Positions 42,912-53,231 are shown, numbered from the stretch's first letter. The stretch is 64,000 nt of DNA from an uncultured bacterium (GCA_942493235.1 OW818676.1:2692001-2756000); one strand, 5' to 3'. Notes: generated from the sequence alone by a model not told the origin. A program made the numbers and translations.

Positions 42912-45290
42912 TTGAACTTCATTACTAAGAAATATCACTATACCCTAAAAAAAATCATTTATTTATTTAATAATCGTTTTTTTAAAAATGAGTTTATTGA
43001 TTTACTTGCCAAATATACAATAGTATTTTCAGTTTTCTGGGGTATATTGTTTCTATTTTCAATCATTATAATACCGATTAATACAGAGATAGATTACTCT
43101 CAAGAAATTTACTCCGATAATGGCGAACTGATTCACGCATTTCTCAGTAATGACCATAAGTGGCGATTAAAAACTGATTTGGATATGGTCTCTCCCCTTC
43201 TAATCAAGTCAATTATAAATAAAGAAGATAAATATTTTAACTATCATTGCGGATATAATCCCTATTCAATATTAAAGGCATTTTTTAATAATTTTACTTC
43301 AGGCAAAGTTAATTCTGGAGCTTCAACAATTTCTATGCAAGTAATCAGATTAATTGAGAAAAGAGACCGAACATATATCAATAAATTTATCGAAATATTT
43401 AGGGCTGTTCAATTAGAAATATTCCATTCAAAAGATGAAATACTTGAGCTGTACTTGAGCCTTCTGCCCTATGGCGGGAATATTGAAGGAGTGGAGTCGG
43501 CTTCTTATATTTACTTTAATACTCCACCATCTCGTTTAAGCTTAGCCCAATCGGTAACGCTTGCTATTATCCCGAATAACCCTAATTTATATAGAATTGA
43601 CCGTTCTACAAATGTAATGAATTTCAGAAATAAATGGCTGAAGATATTTAAAACAAAAAACACATTTGAAGCAAATGCAATTGATTATGCCCTTAGTGAG
43701 AGTATTGTTAGTGCCCGGTACGAGATGCCAAACCTTGCCCCACATTTCTGCGATTTTATAAAATCAAATTTCCACGATAAACTTGTAAATTCCAGCATAA
43801 ATTTAAGAGCACAAAACGAAATTGCAAATATATTAAAGAATTACAACAACATATTGAAATCAAAAGGAATTACTAATTCCTCAGCACTTGTAATAGATAA
43901 TTATACTCATAAAGTTATTGCATATTGCGGTTCAGTCGATTATAATGATACTATTTCCGAAGGTCAGAATAATGGAATTACTGCCGAGCGTTCACCCGGC
44001 TCTACATTAAAAGCCGCCCTCTATGCTCTGGCTTTCGATAAAGGTCTTTATACACCTAAATCAATAATCAATGATATTCCTACCGAATTTAACGGATATA
44101 TACCCGAAAATTTCGATTTAAAATTCTACGGTCCGGTTAGTGTTGAATTTGCTTTGTTCAGTTCATTGAATATTCCGGCAGTTAAAGTATTACAAAAAAT
44201 TGGATTAGATAATTTTCTTCAAATATTAAAATTCGGAGGATTCAAATCAATTAGCAAAGACTCAAAAAAGTTAGGATTATCAATGATTCTTGGTGGCTGT
44301 ACTGCTAATTTATTTGAGCTAACTCGATTGTTCTCGGCTTTTGCCTGCCAAGGTAAATTATATAATATTAGCTATTTCAGTAATAAAACTGATGATAATT
44401 TTGTTCAGTTATTTTCGCCCGAAGCTTCTTTTCTTATTAATGATATTTTATCTGTGAAAGACAATCGCATTGAAACTCAAGCAATTAAGATACGTAATAT
44501 CAAAATTCCAGATATTGCATGGAAGACAGGTACTTCGTTTGGAAAACGCGACGCATGGACTATAGGATTTAATTCTCGATACACCGTTGGAGTTTGGTCT
44601 GGTAATTTCAATGGTAACGGTTCTCCTTTTATTATCGGTTCTGAAATTGCTTTACCGATAGTCTGCGATATATTTAATTCATTACCAAATACAAATACAA
44701 ATACAAAAAAAATCAAGTTAACCAAAAATCTTGCTCATCGATATATCTGCAGATCCTCCGGAAAAGTACCGAATGAATTCTGTACAGAATTGGTTCAGGA
44801 TTATTATATCGGTAAAGTTACAAATTCTGAAAAATGTGATATTCATAAGCAAATATTTTTATCAAGCGATTCAAGTGTCGAATACTGCACCGGTTGCTTA
44901 CCCGATACAGGCTATATAAAAGCTGTATTTCCGGTATTTGAACCTTCGCTTACTATGTGGTTCGAGCAAAACAGCATCAACTACAGGAGTATTCCAAATC
45001 ATAATCTCGAATGCAAGGCTAAATTCACCGGCGAAGGACCGATTATTATCTCTCCAAGCTCAAATTATGTTTATTATATTGAGCAGGGGGCTGAACAGGA
45101 AATATCACTTCAAGCAATTAATAGAATTAATAAAGGAAGTATTTATTGGTATATAGACGGTACATTTTATAATAAAAGCAAGACCGGAGAAAAGATATTC
45201 TTTAAGCCGGAGAAAGAATATTATACTATCAAATGTATTGATTTCCAAGCAAGAGAAAGTAGTATTAATGTTAAGATTATATTTTATTAG
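42912..45290 (+). CDS. pbpC: penicillin-binding protein 1C (GT51 glycosyltransferase plus transpeptidase), TTG start
   Basis: EDKYFNYHCGYNP and GASTISMQV GT51 motifs. Transpeptidase SxxK (STLK) and KTGT. PBP1C-type C-terminal domain. 792 aa. Confidence 0.8.
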   Translation: MNFITKKYHYTLKKIIYLFNNRFFKNEFIDLLAKYTIVFSVFWGILFLFSIIIIPINTEIDYSQEIYSDNGELIHAFLSNDHKWRLKTDLDMVSPLLIKSIINKEDKYFNYHCGYNPYSILKAFFNNFTSGKVNSGASTISMQVIRLIEKRDRTYINKFIEIFRAVQLEIFHSKDEILELYLSLLPYGGNIEGVESASYIYFNTPPSRLSLAQSVTLAIIPNNPNLYRIDRSTNVMNFRNKWLKIFKTKNTFEANAIDYALSESIVSARYEMPNLAPHFCDFIKSNFHDKLVNSSINLRAQNEIANILKNYNNILKSKGITNSSALVIDNYTHKVIAYCGSVDYNDTISEGQNNGITAERSPGSTLKAALYALAFDKGLYTPKSIINDIPTEFNGYIPENFDLKFYGPVSVEFALFSSLNIPAVKVLQKIGLDNFLQILKFGGFKSISKDSKKLGLSMILGGCTANLFELTRLFSAFACQGKLYNISYFSNKTDDNFVQLFSPEASFLINDILSVKDNRIETQAIKIRNIKIPDIAWKTGTSFGKRDAWTIGFNSRYTVGVWSGNFNGNGSPFIIGSEIALPIVCDIFNSLPNTNTNTKKIKLTKNLAHRYICRSSGKVPNEFCTELVQDYYIGKVTNSEKCDIHKQIFLSSDSSVEYCTGCLPDTGYIKAVFPVFEPSLTMWFEQNSINYRSIPNHNLECKAKFTGEGPIIISPSSNYVYYIEQGAEQEISLQAINRINKGSIYWYIDGTFYNKSKTGEKIFFKPEKEYYTIKCIDFQARESSINVKIIFY

Positions 45291-45533
45291 CTGCCAAATA
45301 ACGCTGAAGCATGGGGTTGAATAAATAAGGTCTATAATTTGCCAATAGCTTTTAATATTTACACAGCCAATAAATCCACGATTCGATATCAATTAGATTT
45401 TTCAAATAGCTAATGAAAAAAATTAAGTTTACTGCAAAAGTCCAAAATATTCATTTACTATTAATTTTTCAAAGGTTTCAAGCTACTAAGTGCATATCAA
45501 GAGGTTGTATATAAAGTAACAATATTGTTAATT

Positions 45534-45613
45534 CGTTATTCTGAGCGAAACGAAGAATCCAGAATTATCAACATTTAGCTTTATCTGGATTCTTCACTGC
45601 GTTCAGAATGACT
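45534..45613. repeat. long-stem hairpin repeat, copy B
   Basis: cgttattctgagcgaaacgaagaatccaga-attatcaacatttagctttatc-tctggattcttcactgcgttcagaatgact. Its loop is identical to that of copy C. Confidence 0.65.
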
Positions 45614-45751
45614 ACTTTTTAGTCAGCCTCTTGAATAAATGGAAATTGAAAATTAGATAGTTTTGCAACAGACTTAAATTACACAAAAAAGTAGAATACG
45701 AAATTTTAAGATTGCGTATTCTACTTTATAATAATCGAGAAACATTAAGGC

Positions 45752-47479
45752 TTAAATCGCATTAGATTCTGCTGATTTTGCTTTCTTTTTTGAAAAATAA
45801 GAATAAAGTGTTTCTATAGCTACTAATACCGAAAGTATAATCAAAAGCATTGATACCCAAGGTACTGACGGATGTCCTTGACCAAGAATCCATCCCTTAC
45901 GTACATCAATTATTAATGCCCAATTCGACATAATAAACATCACAATAGCAGGAATGAACGAGACTAACCATACTTTTGATTTTTTACGAGTATTAACTAA
46001 CCAAATTGTAATACCAATTAGTGCTAAAGCAGCTAAAAGCTGATTAGAGGCTCCAAAAGTTCCCCAGAATATTTTCCAAGCCGGTACATGATTACCTTTA
46101 GCATCAGTCATTGTTTGAAAAATAAAGAATACCGGAACACCTGCAGAAAGAATAGTACCGAGAATCGTACCTAATTTATTTTTTAATCCTGTCAATTCTT
46201 CGACTATATATCTACCTAAACGGGTACATACATCAAGAGTATCATACACAAAAGTAGTAAAAGCCATTAATCCAAAAGTAATTCCAAAAGTAGCAGATAC
46301 ACCGATTAACTCCATAAATCTTCCTATACCTGATGCGTAAATAAAGTTTGGAGCTTTAGTTATCATCTCTGAATCTTGAGATAGAATCATTACGCAAGCA
46401 ATAGAAACTACTGCTACCATACCTTCGAGAAGCATAGCTCCATATCCGATAGGTTTGGCATCTGATTCTTTTTCAAGCTGTTTGCATGTAGTGCCTGACG
46501 AAACTAATGCATGAAATCCCGAGCATGCCCCACACGCTATAGTAATGAACAATACCGGAAACATAGGGAACCAAAAAGTAGAGCCGAAACCACCATTGGG
46601 ATCTATATTGATAAACGCCGGATAACTAATAGCATATCCTCCAAATACTAATCCTATAGCTGCAATTATTAACGAAGCGTACAAGAAATATCCACCGATA
46701 GCACCTCTTGGTTGAAGCAGTAACCACATTGGTAAAACCGATGCAATTAAGCAATATATTAAAATAATTAATCCCCATGCTTTTTGCGAAGTTGCTATAT
46801 CGTCAATTGGTAAATTCACCGGGAAGAATTGACCTGCCCAAATTGCAACACCTACAAGCGGAAGGAAAATTAATACGGCAAGTCCTTCTTTTAGTTTGGC
46901 ATATTTCATTAGAAGTCCCATTATTATCGGCAGGATAAGGTACATAATCGAAGACGAAGCTATAGCACCACCACTTACACTTTCACCTGATTCAAGCTTT
47001 ACCATTCCTACAAAGGAGCTTGCAGTTATATCGGTAAAAGCTATAATTACATAAACCAGCGAAATCCAAACGAATATCATAAATAGTATCCACGCCCTAT
47101 TAGATACATTAACCTTGATTACTTCTGTTATCGAATTTGCCTTATGGCGTACCGAGGCTATTAATGAGCCCATATCGTGGACTCCTCCGATAAATATAGA
47201 TCCGACTAATACCCAGAGCAGAGCCGGTGCCCAGCCAAACATTACACTTGCCAAAATTGGACCATTAATAGGACCGGCAGCAGCGATTGCTGAAAAATGC
47301 TGACCGAGTAACATCCCCTTTTTAGCTGGTACATAGTCTATACCATCATTATTTAGTACGGCGGGAGTAGTTTGATTGTCATCAAGATTAAATACTTTTT
47401 TACTTAGATAGCGTCCGTAAGTTAAATAAGCAAGGAATAAGATTATTCCTGCTCCAATCACAACAAATAATACATTCAT
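45752..47479 (-). CDS. cstA: carbon starvation protein A (CstA-family transporter)
   Basis: 575 aa, about 16 TM. N-terminal MNVLFVVIGAGIILFLAYLTYGRYL. CstA-like throughout. Confidence 0.85.
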   Translation of the reverse strand: MNVLFVVIGAGIILFLAYLTYGRYLSKKVFNLDDNQTTPAVLNNDGIDYVPAKKGMLLGQHFSAIAAAGPINGPILASVMFGWAPALLWVLVGSIFIGGVHDMGSLIASVRHKANSITEVIKVNVSNRAWILFMIFVWISLVYVIIAFTDITASSFVGMVKLESGESVSGGAIASSSIMYLILPIIMGLLMKYAKLKEGLAVLIFLPLVGVAIWAGQFFPVNLPIDDIATSQKAWGLIILIYCLIASVLPMWLLLQPRGAIGGYFLYASLIIAAIGLVFGGYAISYPAFINIDPNGGFGSTFWFPMFPVLFITIACGACSGFHALVSSGTTCKQLEKESDAKPIGYGAMLLEGMVAVVSIACVMILSQDSEMITKAPNFIYASGIGRFMELIGVSATFGITFGLMAFTTFVYDTLDVCTRLGRYIVEELTGLKNKLGTILGTILSAGVPVFFIFQTMTDAKGNHVPAWKIFWGTFGASNQLLAALALIGITIWLVNTRKKSKVWLVSFIPAIVMFIMSNWALIIDVRKGWILGQGHPSVPWVSMLLIILSVLVAIETLYSYFSKKKAKSAESNAI

Positions 47480-47990
47480 TAAATAACTCCAAGATAATTA
47501 TAATTCTAATATCATTTTCAACTTATATTATAATGAGACATTTGGCATCAACCCGCGGTTTTAGCCGCGATGACGGCTATATTTGATATATCCTATTTTA
47601 TGTAGGAAATGATCTTAATTTTGCTTTATTCAGTAAATCAATTATATTAAATTATTTATTACTATAAACATAGCTAATTCAATCATAATTTTACAATATA
47701 TATACCAAAGATATGCCATATCAAAAGTTATGCCATACAAATTACAAAAATATTTTATTACTACCAAAGTTAAATTTGGAATGCTAATCGGATATAATAC
47801 CGATATTAAGGAGTAAAATCGTATATAACAATATATTTATCTCAATTGCTATTTATATTTGGTGTTAGTCATCTATACTGAGGCTTAGGAGGTTGCTTAT
47901 AACTTCATTTACCGATTCTTAATCTGGAATTTATTTTCCAACCCACGCAGAGCGTGGGCTGGAGGTGATTTGGGATAAGCTAAATGTATT

Positions 47991-49028
47991 TCAAAAATAT
48001 TTCTTTTTAAAAAATAAAGCTACATTTACTAAAGCAATTAATGCAGGCACTTCAACTAATGGACCAATTACTGCTGTAAAAGCTTCACCAGAATTTATTC
48101 CGAATACAGAAATCGCTACTGCTATAGCCAGTTCAAAATTATTGCTTGCTGCTGTAAATGATAAAGTAGCAGTTTTGGCATATCCGGCGTTTGATTTCTT
48201 GCCCATATAGAAAGATACCAAAAACATAATTATAAAGTAAATCAAAAGCGGAATAGCAATTCTAATCACATCAAGCGGAATATTTATAATTACATTTCCT
48301 TTTAATGAGAACATTACTATTATTGTAAATAATAATGCGATTAGAGTAATCGGGCTGATTTTCGGAATGAATACACCATGATACCACTCTTTGCCTTTTA
48401 ATCTAACTAAAATCAATCGAGTTAAAAATCCGGCTATAAATGGTATTCCCAAATATACAAATACAGATTCAAAAATTTGCCCCATAGTTATGTCAACTGT
48501 AAAGGTCTGTAAGCCAAAATATTTTGGTAAAACAGTAATAAAGAAATACGCATAAACCGAGAAGAAAAGCACTTGGAATATTGAATTAAATGCTACTAAT
48601 CCTGCGGCATATTCTGTATCACCTTTTGCCAGATCATTCCAAACAATCACCATTGCAATACATCTGGCTAATCCTATTAAAATCAAGCCTGTCATATATT
48701 CGGGATAATCCTGTAGAAATACTACTGCGAGAATAAACATCAGTACCGGACCAATTATCCAGTTCTGAACTAATGATATTACAAGCACTTTAGTATTTTT
48801 AAATACATCGCCAAGTTCTTCATACTTGACTTTTGCAAGCGGCGGATACATCATCAGAATAAGCCCTACTGCAAGTGGAATATTTGTAGTACCTGAACTG
48901 AACTGATTCCAGAAGTCGGAAATATTCGGAAAGAAGTATCCCCATGATACTCCAATAGCCATAGCGAGAAATATCCATAGAGTTAAGTATCTATCCAAAA
49001 AGCTTAGTTTTTTTGTAATTTTTTCCAT
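47991..49028 (-). CDS. acr3: arsenite efflux transporter, ACR3 family
   Basis: 345 aa, 10 TM, N-terminal [20 protein letters not shown] typical of ACR3. Confidence 0.88.
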   Translation of the reverse strand: MEKITKKLSFLDRYLTLWIFLAMAIGVSWGYFFPNISDFWNQFSSGTTNIPLAVGLILMMYPPLAKVKYEELGDVFKNTKVLVISLVQNWIIGPVLMFILAVVFLQDYPEYMTGLILIGLARCIAMVIVWNDLAKGDTEYAAGLVAFNSIFQVLFFSVYAYFFITVLPKYFGLQTFTVDITMGQIFESVFVYLGIPFIAGFLTRLILVRLKGKEWYHGVFIPKISPITLIALLFTIIVMFSLKGNVIINIPLDVIRIAIPLLIYFIIMFLVSFYMGKKSNAGYAKTATLSFTAASNNFELAIAVAISVFGINSGEAFTAVIGPLVEVPALIALVNVALFFKKKYF

Positions 49029-49143
49029 TATTTTTTATTTTAATAGTGATAAAATAAGTATGAAATATTTGATTAATCACCAATATCAACTTCTCTTAGT
49101 CCTTTGTATCAGGGTTGTCCCCAAAGTTATATTTAAGTCAAAT

Positions 49144-49222
49144 CGTCATTCTGAGTGCAACGAAAAATCCGGAATTATCAACATTTAGCTTTATCCGGAT
49201 TTTTGCTTCGTTCCTAATGACA
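49144..49222. repeat. long-stem hairpin repeat, copy C
   Basis: cgtcattctgagtgcaacgaaaaatccgga-attatcaacatttagctttatc-ccggatttttgcttcgttcctaatgac. Shows the compensatory atccaga/tctggat to atccgga/tccggat change relative to copy B. Confidence 0.65.
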
Positions 49223-49288
49223 AATTTGGCAAAGCACTGTTTAAATGGGTTAAGCATTTGAACAGTGTACTAATTCAACAATATTATC

Positions 49289-50095
49289 TTATTTATATGC
49301 TTTTACAGTTACACTTAAAATATCAGCCCCATTTGTTTTGAAATCTAAAATTTCTTCATCAGAGAGATAAGCCTTGAGTATAATTTCAGGTATATCAATT
49401 TTCTTTGATTTTAATATTTCAATATTCTTAAATCCGTTTTCTGAAATAACTTTCAAATAATCTTCTTTTTGTAAAGCTCCGGCAACACAGCCGGCGTACA
49501 TTTCTGCGGCATTTGCAATATTTGGAGGCAATTGCCCGGATAATACAATATCAGAAACACAGAAATGAGCATTATTTTTGAGCACTCTATAGATTTCACT
49601 AAATGCTTTGTTTTTATCCGGTACTAAATTCAGAACACAATTACTAATGATTACGTCAACGCTATCTGATTTCACAGGTATATCTTCAATATCACCTTTT
49701 ACAAATTCTACATTTGTATAACCGAGCATTTTGCAATTTTCTTTTGCTTTGTTAAGCATCTCTTCAGTAAAGTCTAAGCCAATCACCTTACCTAATCTAC
49801 CGGTTTCTCTGCGAGCTATGAATACATCATTGCCGGCACCGGAGCCGAGGTCTAATACCGTATCGCCCTGCTTAATTGCTGCAAATTCAGTTGGCATACC
49901 ACAGCCCAGTCCTAAATCTGCCTCGGAGTAATATCCGTCAACTTTAGCATAGTCGTCGCTCATTATATTATAATTTGTCGGCTTAGCTGTTCCTGTACCG
50001 CAACATGAGCATCCGCAGTTTTGATTTGATTTCGCTATCTCTGCATATTTTTCATTTACTGTTTTTTTAATTTCTTCATTGGTATTCATTTTCAT
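49289..50095 (-). CDS. arsM: arsenite S-adenosylmethionine methyltransferase
   Basis: N-terminal CGCSCCG cysteine cluster, SAM-binding VLDLGSGAGND, downstream conserved Cys. 268 aa. Confidence 0.85.
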   Translation of the reverse strand: MKMNTNEEIKKTVNEKYAEIAKSNQNCGCSCCGTGTAKPTNYNIMSDDYAKVDGYYSEADLGLGCGMPTEFAAIKQGDTVLDLGSGAGNDVFIARRETGRLGKVIGLDFTEEMLNKAKENCKMLGYTNVEFVKGDIEDIPVKSDSVDVIISNCVLNLVPDKNKAFSEIYRVLKNNAHFCVSDIVLSGQLPPNIANAAEMYAGCVAGALQKEDYLKVISENGFKNIEILKSKKIDIPEIILKAYLSDEEILDFKTNGADILSVTVKAYK

Positions 50096-50174
50096 TTCCT
50101 TAATCTTTATTATTAATATTATTATTTATTATAATTAAAATGTATTATTTTAAATATTTATCGTTTTTTACTAT

Positions 50175-50462
50175 TATGTGTAAGTACGCAAATAAATTAA
50201 TCTTTCTTACAACGGCGTTAGCTGTTGAACATCGGTAATAAATATTATTTAGTTCCCATACTCTTTCTTCTCTTTTTGTTGTTAAAACAAGAAAGTGTTG
50301 GTGGAGTATCTCATTATATTACTGATGCTTAACTCCTACCGGAGTTAAAATTTAAAATCAAAGATATTAATCCAATAAGATATCAAAAATCAATATTTGA
50401 TATATAAGGATTTTCTTTATACTTATAACAATTATTTGCTAACCCACTTAAAATAGCGAAGA
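50175..50462. repeat. ~290-bp intergenic repeat, copy 2
   Basis: See copy 1. Lies between arsC and arsM. Confidence 0.7.
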
Positions 50463-50503
50463 CCCATATTTATTATTATATTAAAATGTATTTTTATAGA
50501 TAT

Positions 50504-50926
50504 TTATTTTTTTAAAATATTATTATTATAAAATATTGTAAAATCTCTTTTGATTTCATCTCTTACTCGTCTGAATTCAGATAATATTTCTGTTTCAGTT
50601 CCTTTTGCTTCTGCGGGGTCATCAAATCCTATATGTAATCTATTTGATACTTTACCTGTAAATACAGGGCATACTTCTTTAGCATGGTCGCAGACAGTAA
50701 TTACATAATCGAACTCATGGTCTAAGAATTTATCAACCATTTTCGGGTAGTTCGAGCTGATGTCTATCCCGATTTCTGCCATTACTTTGATAGCTTTAGA
50801 GCTGACTTTTTCTGCCGGATTAGTTCCGGCGGAATAAACTTCAATACTGCTATCCAATGACTTGACTATTCCTTCTGCCATCTGAGAACGGCATGAATTA
50901 CCAGTGCATAGTATTAGTATTTTCAT
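50504..50926 (-). CDS. arsC: arsenate reductase, low-molecular-weight phosphatase family
   Basis: ILILCTGNSCRSQMAEG P-loop, 140 aa. Confidence 0.85.
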   Translation of the reverse strand: MKILILCTGNSCRSQMAEGIVKSLDSSIEVYSAGTNPAEKVSSKAIKVMAEIGIDISSNYPKMVDKFLDHEFDYVITVCDHAKEVCPVFTGKVSNRLHIGFDDPAEAKGTETEILSEFRRVRDEIKRDFTIFYNNNILKK

Positions 50927-50944
50927 TTTTTCCTTATTAAATAA

Positions 50945-51289
50945 TTAAACATTGCAATTATTATTTCTATTGATTTTATCAATTTTCGATAAATCCTCTA
51001 TTACTTGCTCATCGCTATTAAGCCACATCTGAAGCATAAGTAATGTTTGTTGAATTTTAGTATCGGTCGTTTCCATATTGATAGAATAGAATACCCACTT
51101 CCCCACTTTAGAATCAAGTAAAAAACCGGCTTCTTTTAATATTGATAAATGATTAGAAACAGTTGACGGCGATAAATCAAGATTATCTGTTATTTCGCAT
51201 ACACACAGTGTTTTACGAAGCAACATCATAATTATTCTTAACCTATTTTTGTCTGATAAGCAGTTGAATATTTTTATTGTATCTTTCAT
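50945..51289 (-). CDS. arsR: ArsR-family metalloregulator
   Basis: Winged HTH with CVCEITD metal-binding motif and SNHLSILKEAGF. Confidence 0.8.
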   Translation of the reverse strand: MKDTIKIFNCLSDKNRLRIIMMLLRKTLCVCEITDNLDLSPSTVSNHLSILKEAGFLLDSKVGKWVFYSINMETTDTKIQQTLLMLQMWLNSDEQVIEDLSKIDKINRNNNCNV

Positions 51290-51482
51290 ATATTGTCCAA
51301 TATCTTCTAATAATATCTAATAATTCTATATTGTCATTTCGTCGTACATCGAAATTATAAAAATTATTATTTATTTGCAAATTATTTTTTTCTTATTGCA
51401 AAAATAATTATTTATTTCTTTGAGAATTGTCGAAATTGTTAATATTTAGCGGTTATAAAACTATAAATGGTTCTTTGATATT

Positions 51483-51769
51483 ATGTGTGGATAAGCAAAT
51501 AAAGAAATCTTTCTTACAACAGCGTTAGCTGTTGAACATCGGTAATAAATATTGTTTAGTTCCCACACTCTTTCTTCTCTTTTTGTTACTAAAACAAGAA
51601 AGTACTGGTGGAGTTTCTCATTATGTTACCGATGTTTAAATCCTACCGGAGTTAAAATTTAAAATCAAAGATGTTTATCTAATAAGATATCAAAAATCAA
51701 TATTTGATATATAAGGATTTTCTTTATACTAATAACAATTACTTACTAACCCACTTTAAATAGCGAAGA
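51483..51769. repeat. ~290-bp intergenic repeat, copy 3
   Basis: See copy 1. Nearly identical to copy 2. Lies between arsR and the first serpin gene. Confidence 0.7.
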
Positions 51770-51964
51770 CTCGAAATATTATTGTTAACCATAATTCTTT
51801 TTTCTCAGTGCTAATGCGTGTGATTCAATGGAGAGGTCCGGCATTTGTACTAAAACAGTAGTTTTTACACCACCTTATGTAGAGCTAGAATTAAAAAAAA
51901 ATAAGCTTAAAAAAAACAATGTTTCAATTAAGCTTATTTCGTTCTTTCTCAACATGTTCTGTAT

Positions 51965-53170
51965 TTACAATTTATTAATTCTTCCCAGAAATAGAATCGA
52001 ATTACTTGTATTTTCTCTCAATACTATAATAAATGGTCTATTTGTATTGAAATAGAAACTGTTATTTGTATTTTTTCGGAAGTCAATCAGTGTAACAGCT
52101 GCTGCAGTAGTACCTACCTCATCAACATCCATAAATGTTTTATGAATAATATTGTCAATTGATAATAATTCTGACTTAGTAATTTTAGAAAAATCAGCAT
52201 TTTCAAATGGCACATTCATACCTAACCGCTTTAATATTTTCTTTAATTCAATTGTGAACTCAATTTTAAATTTCGGAATTTTAATTATGGCTTCTTTTTC
52301 TCGCATATTTTGAATTATTGCATTGTATTTTTCAACTGACATTTGATTAATATATTGATTAACATTATTATATTCATTCGGTAATATAATTGTCATTGAG
52401 TAATTGCCGCTTCCATATTTAAGGTCTATAGCTTTGATTTGCTCATCTGAATAGCAATTGATTGCCGAATCAGCCAAATACATCATATCTACTTGAGATT
52501 TCACTCCAGAGAAATTGGTAAATTCAGCTTTGGCTGTTTTTTCTTTATCAAATTGCTTAACCCAGTCTGCTTTGAAATATATAGCATTTACTAAAAATAA
52601 TACGGAATTCGGTTTAATTCGCTCTAATATTTTCTCGATTTTGCCATTTGTTTTATCCTTAACCCAATTATTTAATTCGATTAACGTAGCAGGGTCTGAG
52701 AAATCTCTTGTAAAGGATTCTGCTGAAAAATATTTACTTAAAATATTCTGATAATTGGTTTCAACTTGCAAGGTAGGTATATTCCAGATTGAATTTGCCG
52801 AACTCAATTTTACTTTAGAATCGGAACTAATTAATAATTTAATTAGCTTGGAATAATCCTCATTATAATCACCGATTGAGATATTATTTAGATTGAGAAC
52901 GCTTTTAATCTCGTCGGCTGTAGCACCATTTGCCCCATTATAAGCCATTGATAAAGCTATATTTATGCTTAAAGGTGAAATCAGGTAATTAGTATCGGCA
53001 CCACACTCAATTAACTTGAAAATGTTCATACCGGTTTGGTTAGATGAATTTGCCATAGACAATTGGTTTGCTGTCGGGGGCTCAATCACCTCAGCGATAA
53101 TTGTATTATCTGCTTTGCAAGAAATTAAAATCAGTAATGTGAAACAAGCTAAAATTTTCAAATACTTCAT
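51965..53170 (-). CDS. serpin-family lipoprotein (miropin-like serine protease inhibitor), paralog 1
   Basis: Lipoprotein signal (LILISCKAD). Serpin hinge EVGTTAAAVT and C-terminal NRPFIIVLRENTSNSILFLGRINKL serpin signature. 401 aa. Confidence 0.85.
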   Translation of the reverse strand: MKYLKILACFTLLILISCKADNTIIAEVIEPPTANQLSMANSSNQTGMNIFKLIECGADTNYLISPLSINIALSMAYNGANGATADEIKSVLNLNNISIGDYNEDYSKLIKLLISSDSKVKLSSANSIWNIPTLQVETNYQNILSKYFSAESFTRDFSDPATLIELNNWVKDKTNGKIEKILERIKPNSVLFLVNAIYFKADWVKQFDKEKTAKAEFTNFSGVKSQVDMMYLADSAINCYSDEQIKAIDLKYGSGNYSMTIILPNEYNNVNQYINQMSVEKYNAIIQNMREKEAIIKIPKFKIEFTIELKKILKRLGMNVPFENADFSKITKSELLSIDNIIHKTFMDVDEVGTTAAAVTLIDFRKNTNNSFYFNTNRPFIIVLRENTSNSILFLGRINKL

Positions 53171-53231
53171 AATGCACCTAAATTATTTAAAATAAATATT
53201 ATCAATAATATCGTTTTTCGATAATCCTGAT

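Noticed and set aside
51481-51492. Perfect DnaA-box-like 9-mer tgtggataa at the edge of 290-bp repeat copy 3
   Set aside because: A single 9-mer. Only approximate in copy 1 (tgtgggtaa) and absent in copy 2. No cluster of boxes or AT-rich DNA-unwinding element nearby, so it is most likely chance.
51828-52055. 75-aa plus-strand ORF between the 290-bp repeat and the serpin gene
   Set aside because: Overlaps the serpin C-terminus on the opposite strand. Hydrophobic, AT-driven composition, no RBS. It partly overlaps the serpin terminator region.
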